64,000 bases of DNA, from assembly GCA_032250835.1 (NCBI GenBank), contig JAVVEA010000008.1, forward strand, positions 64,001 through 128,000. The letters run 5' to 3'. Below the pieces are notes generated by a model. The model searched no databases, was not told the origin of the DNA, and worked only from the letters and a program-made list of their open reading frames with translations. A program made the translations under genes and the position numbers. Positions 59,112-64,000 of this stretch are shown here, piece after piece. How positions within the stretch are numbered: the stretch's first letter is position 1; every line of letters starts with the position of its first letter. Source of the stretch: a bacterium. GTDB taxonomy: Bacteria > SAR324 > XYD2-FULL-50-16.

Positions 59112-59755
59112 TGAAAAAAATATACTGGGGGCTGCTCTTGCTTTGCTGGACCTTCCCGCTTCAGGCCCAGTCACTGCGTTTTTTGGACCCTAGCTTGGCT
59201 CGCCAGTTTGAAGACCCCGAAGGGCAATACACTCAAGCCCGTTCCCCGGCAACCTTCGCGGCCCCCGAAGACCCCGACGGGCGGATGTCTTTGCGCTTCA
59301 CCAACTGCAATGGATATTTAGACGCCTCCATCGGCGGCTATCAGCCCGTAGGCGGGGCGGACTACCAAGCGGCCTTTGAATACCGCAACTGTGCGCTATT
59401 GTGGTTGTTGGTTAGGAGCCGCCCTAGCGCCCCTGCTCCGGCCCCGGCCATAGAAGAATTGGACCTGTCCGCTTTTGAACCCTTTAAGAGCCAAGGGGCG
59501 ATCAACTTAAAGGAACTGGCGGCGATCACTAAGGGGTTATTTCAGCCCAAACCCAACGGCCTGACCCTCAGTGCCAACGGCCTACAACTAGGGGCCTTTT
59601 GGGTTTTAGAAGGAGACCTAGACGGTGAGGGGGGCACGGACCATCTGCTGGAACTCCAATTGGGCGCTTCGCGTCAGTGGATATTGGCTTTAAGCCGCCC
59701 CGGTGGGGTTTCGGTGGTTAGCTTAGATGAGTTGATCCGCCACAGTCGCCGTTGA
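59108..59755 (+). CDS. Secreted hypothetical protein with two Cys
   Basis: Signal peptide (LQA), NCNGYL...YRNC, GDLDGEG acidic motif; overlaps the tonB stop. Confidence 0.6.
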   Translation: MMKKIYWGLLLLCWTFPLQAQSLRFLDPSLARQFEDPEGQYTQARSPATFAAPEDPDGRMSLRFTNCNGYLDASIGGYQPVGGADYQAAFEYRNCALLWLLVRSRPSAPAPAPAIEELDLSAFEPFKSQGAINLKELAAITKGLFQPKPNGLTLSANGLQLGAFWVLEGDLDGEGGTDHLLELQLGASRQWILALSRPGGVSVVSLDELIRHSRR

Positions 59756-60566
59756 GGGCTACTTGAAGCAGTAATAGGGCGCTGCGCGCCGCTTCGGCCT
59801 GTTCCCCGCGCTTGCGGTAAGAGCCCATCAAGGGGACTCTTAAGGGGCGGTCGCCGGAAACCACCACCAAGTTCTTGTCCAGCTGCCCCGCCCAAGCTTG
59901 GGGTAAATAGGCCGCCCCGCCTCGCTGGTTTAAGAGCCCTAAGACTGCATGGGGGCTATCTAAGCCAAATCTAGCCAAGCGGGCTTCGGGGTGCCTACGG
60001 GCATGTAGGCTGCGTAAGTTGGCCCCCCAGTCGATTTCGATCATCGAACCGGTCCAATCTTCGGGGGTCGATGACACCAATACCAAAGGCAACTCGCCCA
60101 ACTGCAATACCTCTAACCCCGCTCCTTTGGGGGCCTCGAACCCTAAATATAGGTCCCACTCTCCGCCCAATAGGTTGGGCGTATGGGCTTGGCTGGAAAG
60201 ACGCAAGGCCCATTTTGGCTGGTCCCGATCGATTTGGTCGATCCAAAGGGCGGCGTAAAGCTCTAAGGCCGCCGGGGCCAAGGCAACGCTCAGCCGCACT
60301 TGTCCTTCGGCCCCTTGATTGACCAGTTCCTTGCTTTCCTCCCACAGCGCTAACATCCGCACCGCTTGCTTCGAAAAGCTTTGGCCCGGCTCGCTCAGCC
60401 GCACTCCACTGCTGCCCCGGACAAATAATTTCTGGCCTAACTCATCTTCTAAAAGGCGGATTCTCGCGCTGACCGCGGATTGGGTTAAGTGCAGGTTGGC
60501 GGCAGCTTGACCAAAGTGGCCGGTGCGGCTGACTTCCAAAAATGTTTTGAGTAAATCTAAATCCAT
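59718..60566 (-). CDS. LysR family regulator (HdfR-like N-terminus)
   Basis: MDLDLLKTFLEVSRTGHFGQAAANLHLTQSAVSARIRLLE. Confidence 0.9.
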   Translation of the reverse strand: MDLDLLKTFLEVSRTGHFGQAAANLHLTQSAVSARIRLLEDELGQKLFVRGSSGVRLSEPGQSFSKQAVRMLALWEESKELVNQGAEGQVRLSVALAPAALELYAALWIDQIDRDQPKWALRLSSQAHTPNLLGGEWDLYLGFEAPKGAGLEVLQLGELPLVLVSSTPEDWTGSMIEIDWGANLRSLHARRHPEARLARFGLDSPHAVLGLLNQRGGAAYLPQAWAGQLDKNLVVVSGDRPLRVPLMGSYRKRGEQAEAARSALLLLQVALNGDCGGSTHLS

Positions 60567-60725
60567 CGACTCCTTAGGGTTGTCTCCCCTTTTTCTAGGG
60601 TTTTGGGGTTACGGGCAATCAATTTTTTTTATGGAGCCCAACAAAAAGATTCGTTGGCAATCAATCCGGCCAAGCCCTACCTTAGAATATCCCTTTTCTA
60701 TCAACCCCCCGTAGTTTGAGGAATC

Positions 60726-60947
60726 ATGAAAGGACTGCTGATTGGTTTGGTTTTTTTGTTCTCTTTTAGCGCCGTTGCCTTCGCTGAAATGGATGAAAGC
60801 GGTTTTGAAGAACAGTGCCGCAAAAACGCTATGGAACATGAAATCCCCGCTTCTGAGATGGAAGACTACGTAGACAGCTGCGTACAAGAGATGATGGACC
60901 AAGGCCAGCAAGACGCAGAGCCCGCTCAGGGCCCCGAGCAAGGCTAG
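60726..60947 (+). CDS. Small acidic secreted protein with one Cys pair
   Basis: GAGG RBS, signal peptide (AFA), EQCRKNA...YVDSCV; followed by its own terminator. Confidence 0.7.
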   Translation: MKGLLIGLVFLFSFSAVAFAEMDESGFEEQCRKNAMEHEIPASEMEDYVDSCVQEMMDQGQQDAEPAQGPEQG

Positions 60948-60960
60948 TCCTAAAAGGAAC

Positions 60961-61005
60961 AAAAAACGCCCGGTCCTTAAATCTTTGAGGGCCGGGTTTT
61001 TTTTT
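60961..61005. terminator. Bidirectional rho-independent terminator
   Basis: AAAAAACGCCCGGTCCTTAA-atct-TTGAGGGCCGGG followed by T9. Confidence 0.8.
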
Positions 61006-61100
61006 GCCTTCAGTCTTATCCGCTTAAAGGTCGAGGTGGCGGAGGACTGGGGTTGATCGCTCAACAGGCCCAGGAATCAGCCCGGCCTGAACCCTGGGCT

Positions 61101-62009
61101 CTAGTCTTTGAGCGACAAAGGGTTGATGTATTTGACTGGGTTTTGGGGCACCGAATTAAGGATCACCTCATAGTAGAGTTGAGGGCCTGTGGTGCGCGGG
61201 GTGTTGAGGATTTGGGCCAATTCGTCGCCCCGGCGGACAATCGAGCCCGTTTCTACTTGAAGGTTTGAGACATAACCATAGCGGGTGATGATGCCGTTGC
61301 CATGGTCAAGCTCTAACAAGTGGCCGTAGTATTCGTCTTCGCCTGAAAACTGGACAATGGCGTCAGCCGGAGCGTAGAGCGGCGTGAAGGCCCGGGTGGC
61401 AATGGTGATGCCATGTTGGGGACGCAACTGGCCCGAGAAGCTGTCGTGCAGCACCCCAAATTCGTTGGTTACATATCCTTTTACCGGCCAACCACGGGGC
61501 ATGCGCTCTAAGGGGTTGGCGTTGCCCGCAAAGAACTCCAAGAGCTTTTTAAACTGCGCCTCTTGGACCTTTTTGTCGGTGTCGATTTCGGAAATATCCG
61601 AGGCGATCACCTCCAAAATACCCATTTTTCGGGCCCGTTCCAGTTGATCTTTTCGCTCCGTCTCTTCGCCCTCTAAGGTTTGATCCTTGGATTTGGCGGT
61701 GAGGCTGGTCAAGCGTTTTAGCTTAACGTAGAGCGAGTTGAGGTGGTCGAAGTGTTGCCGGGTGGTTTCAAACCGCTCGTTGAATTCGCCGATGCGGGTT
61801 TGCTGGGTTTCAAAATGCGCTTGGTTTTCTTCTAAGTTGATCAGCCGGGAGCGGATCGAAAGGTAGTCATAGACCACCCAGGTCCAGCCCATCAGCCCGA
61901 TGATGCCAAAGAAACCTAAGATCACCAGCATCTTTAGCGAAATCCGGTTCCGCTTGACCTTGCCAGTGCGCTCGGGGATTAAAATGAAGGTGATGTACTT
62001 GGAGAACAT
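61101..62009 (-). CDS. M23/LytM-domain protein, TM plus coiled coil, catalytically degenerate
   Basis: WPVKGYVTNEFG, YAPADAIV, YGHLLELDHGNG, TTGPQLYYEV, PQNP; zinc ligands replaced. Confidence 0.85.
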   Translation of the reverse strand: MFSKYITFILIPERTGKVKRNRISLKMLVILGFFGIIGLMGWTWVVYDYLSIRSRLINLEENQAHFETQQTRIGEFNERFETTRQHFDHLNSLYVKLKRLTSLTAKSKDQTLEGEETERKDQLERARKMGILEVIASDISEIDTDKKVQEAQFKKLLEFFAGNANPLERMPRGWPVKGYVTNEFGVLHDSFSGQLRPQHGITIATRAFTPLYAPADAIVQFSGEDEYYGHLLELDHGNGIITRYGYVSNLQVETGSIVRRGDELAQILNTPRTTGPQLYYEVILNSVPQNPVKYINPLSLKD

Positions 62010-62015
62010 CGTTAC

Positions 62016-62210
62016 TTAAGACCAGCTGCCGGTGGTGAATTTGATCGCGAGGATCGCTAAGCCAACGCCGCCTTCTACCAGCGCCAATTGCTTCACGTCC
62101 AGATTGGGGAAAAATTCTTTCAGCCAGGACTCCACGCGGGCTAGATTACTCAAGGCGAACAGGGCGTCGCCGAGCATCAAAAGGGCGATGAAAGTGGTCA
62201 GCAGATTCAT
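62016..62210 (-). CDS. Small two-TM hypothetical protein
   Basis: Two hydrophobic helices; co-oriented in the operon; host-like codons. Confidence 0.6.
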   Translation of the reverse strand: MNLLTTFIALLMLGDALFALSNLARVESWLKEFFPNLDVKQLALVEGGVGLAILAIKFTTGSWS

Positions 62211-62248
62211 GAAGCTAAACTAGCCCATTTTATCCGAAGCAGCAATGC

Positions 62249-63886
62249 TTATTGGGTGGAGATAGCGGTAGCGGCGGTGCCCAAAAGAGACTTCAGGTAG
62301 TCTTCGGTAAAGCGGATACCCATGCCCAGGTAGGGACTTTTAAAGGCTTGCCCGCTGGTGTTAGACTGGGTGTTTAAGAGGTCGTCCATACCCCCGACGA
62401 CATAAAAGTTCTGCGCAAAGCGCCAAGCACCCCCGGCCCGAAGGTGGGTGGGCAGGTCGCCGGTACGGTTGAATTCAAAGGCATCGAACCGGAAGCTATA
62501 CTGGTCGCCGCGCCCAAAGTATTGTTCTAAGCCAAAGCCCGCCGTACCCTCGTTTAGGCCAAAGGAAAGCTCTGTATCAAAGTAGCGCTGCACAATCATC
62601 GCCGTGATTAAGTACTTGTCGGCCGTTTGGTATTCGGTCAAGTCGCTGATCACCACATCGGTACTGGTGTCCGTTGTTTCGGTGCGGGTGCTGGTGATCT
62701 TGCCTTCGGGGTGGTTGACTAGCCGCAGTTGGTAATAATGGTCGCGCACCGGGCGGATGTTGAGGTCTACATATGATTTATAGGTACCTCGGGTAATCAT
62801 CTGCTCGGTCTGGAAGCCCACGTCAATGCGCAATTTGTTCATCGGGTTGATGAACTCGTTGACGCCGTCTAGCGCGGTGTTGATCGAGTTGATGGTCTCT
62901 TCGTCGTTGACCAACCGACCCAAGGTTCCCTGGCCGGAGTCGATCTTATAGGCTATCTGGTCCACCGAATCCATGGCCGAATTTAAATTGGCCGAAGCCT
63001 CTTTGATTTCGGACATCGTTTGGCGGAGATTGTCGCGGTTTTCTTTTAAGATGCCCTTTAAGTCCCCGGTGATCTCAGGACCGTCTTCAGAGAGCTTGGC
63101 CATAAAATAGTCCAAATTCTCCAAGGTGCGGTTCAGGTCCGATTCGTTGTTGTCCACAAACCGGTTGAGGCTCTCAGAAAAGTCGCGCAGGTTGGCCAAC
63201 AGGTGGTGCACCTCGTCGCGGTTGTCGGCGGTGATCCCCGCCAAGTCGCTGCTAAAGCTTTCGAGGCTGCTTAAGATGGGCCCGATTTTTTGGTTGGTCT
63301 TGTCTAAGACTTGATCCAAGTTAGCGGTCAACCCTTCGACGTTGCTTAAGACGCGCTTGAGTTGTGCTTCTCCCTTTTCGCCACCCAAAGAAGCGTTCAG
63401 GGCTTTGGTGACGCTGCGCACGTCGCTCAAGATATAACTTAAGTCTTCGATCAAGCTGTCTAAGTCTGCGCCGGGCTCAACCAGCTGGATCCGGTCGCCG
63501 GACTGTAAGGCCTGCTGGTTGTTACTGCCTAAGCTGACTTCAATGTATTTGTCGCCTAAGATGCCGATGGATTTGATCATGGCGCGGCTGTTGGTGCGCA
63601 AGCGATATTTGTCCATGATCGAAACGGTCACCTCGGCTTCGCCGTCGACTAGTTCAATGCTACTGACCTCGCCCACGGTGATCCCCGCTACCTTAACGGC
63701 CGTACCGGTAACTAAGCCGCTGACGTTTTCGAAGGTGACTTTAAGTGAATAGGTGCCCGAAAGGTCGGGGTCGTAGCGCGTCACCTGGATCGAGGCGATC
63801 ATCAACAGACCCGTACCGGCCAGAATCAACAGGCCCACGTTCATTTCGGTTTTGAGACCGGCCAGCTTTTTTAGGAATTGGAACAT
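62249..63886 (-). CDS. mlaD: Long MlaD/MCE family protein (MCE + helical stalk + C-terminal beta-rich domain)
   Basis: TM anchor, FENVSGL...VKVAGITVGEV, GILGDKYIE, GQGTLGRLVND, aromatic-rich C-terminal strands. Confidence 0.85.
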   Translation of the reverse strand: MFQFLKKLAGLKTEMNVGLLILAGTGLLMIASIQVTRYDPDLSGTYSLKVTFENVSGLVTGTAVKVAGITVGEVSSIELVDGEAEVTVSIMDKYRLRTNSRAMIKSIGILGDKYIEVSLGSNNQQALQSGDRIQLVEPGADLDSLIEDLSYILSDVRSVTKALNASLGGEKGEAQLKRVLSNVEGLTANLDQVLDKTNQKIGPILSSLESFSSDLAGITADNRDEVHHLLANLRDFSESLNRFVDNNESDLNRTLENLDYFMAKLSEDGPEITGDLKGILKENRDNLRQTMSEIKEASANLNSAMDSVDQIAYKIDSGQGTLGRLVNDEETINSINTALDGVNEFINPMNKLRIDVGFQTEQMITRGTYKSYVDLNIRPVRDHYYQLRLVNHPEGKITSTRTETTDTSTDVVISDLTEYQTADKYLITAMIVQRYFDTELSFGLNEGTAGFGLEQYFGRGDQYSFRFDAFEFNRTGDLPTHLRAGGAWRFAQNFYVVGGMDDLLNTQSNTSGQAFKSPYLGMGIRFTEDYLKSLLGTAATAISTQ

Positions 63887-63895
63887 GGCCCCTCG

Positions 63896-64000
63896 CTAAT
63901 AATAGACATTGAAGGGACCTTCCAGTTCGCCGTGGACGAACTGATGAACCAAGGCGTCGTCGCTGTTGCGGATTTCTTCGGGCGTACCCTGCGCGACCAC
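63896..64000 (-). CDS. mlaF: C-terminus of MlaF-type ABC ATPase (partial)
   Basis: Manual translation VVAQGTPEEIRNSDDALVHQFVHGELEGPFNVYY*; typical MlaF tail directly upstream of mlaD. Confidence 0.75.
   Translation of the reverse strand: MVAQGTPEEIRNSDDALVHQFVHGELEGPFNVYY

Overview
Bacterial chromosomal window, by eye about 55-60% GC and gene-dense. The protein styles (RpsA N-terminus, Leptospira/Bacteroidetes-type CimA, long MlaD, CsgG/TPR lipoproteins) suggest a diderm of the deltaproteobacterial/SAR324-like radiation; this is inference, not a database result. Housekeeping backbone: tRNA-Asn, rne, map, leuS, rsgA, gloA, leuC-leuD-cimA, leuB, heme o synthase with PCuAC-SCO, mpl, ridA, polA, rpsA, galE, a TonB, a LysR and mlaD/mlaF. 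Accessory or uncharacterised modules: (1) a TetR-MMPL-MMPL-OMP-LolA-like-DUF1302-TetR envelope transport operon with two different tandem palindromic operators and a shared Phe/Gly/Asp linear motif; (2) three paralogous two-TM zinc-ribbon proteins followed by a monoheme cytochrome c and an AT-rich orphan; (3) a lipoprotein with three apextrin-C (ApeC)-like Cys/DxED repeats; (4) a VapBC + HigBA islet bracketed by a duplicated gene end; (5) an apparently kinase-dead 7TM-DISM hybrid sensor followed by three coupled paralogous TPR lipoproteins; (6) a DUF104-PilZ fusion; (7) an M23 protein lacking its zinc ligands; (8) a four-module hairpin repeat array after rpsA and a roughly 100-nt structured RNA candidate after rne. 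No CRISPR array, rRNA, integrase, transposase or prophage was seen. All domain names come from my own motif recognition and have not been confirmed by searches.
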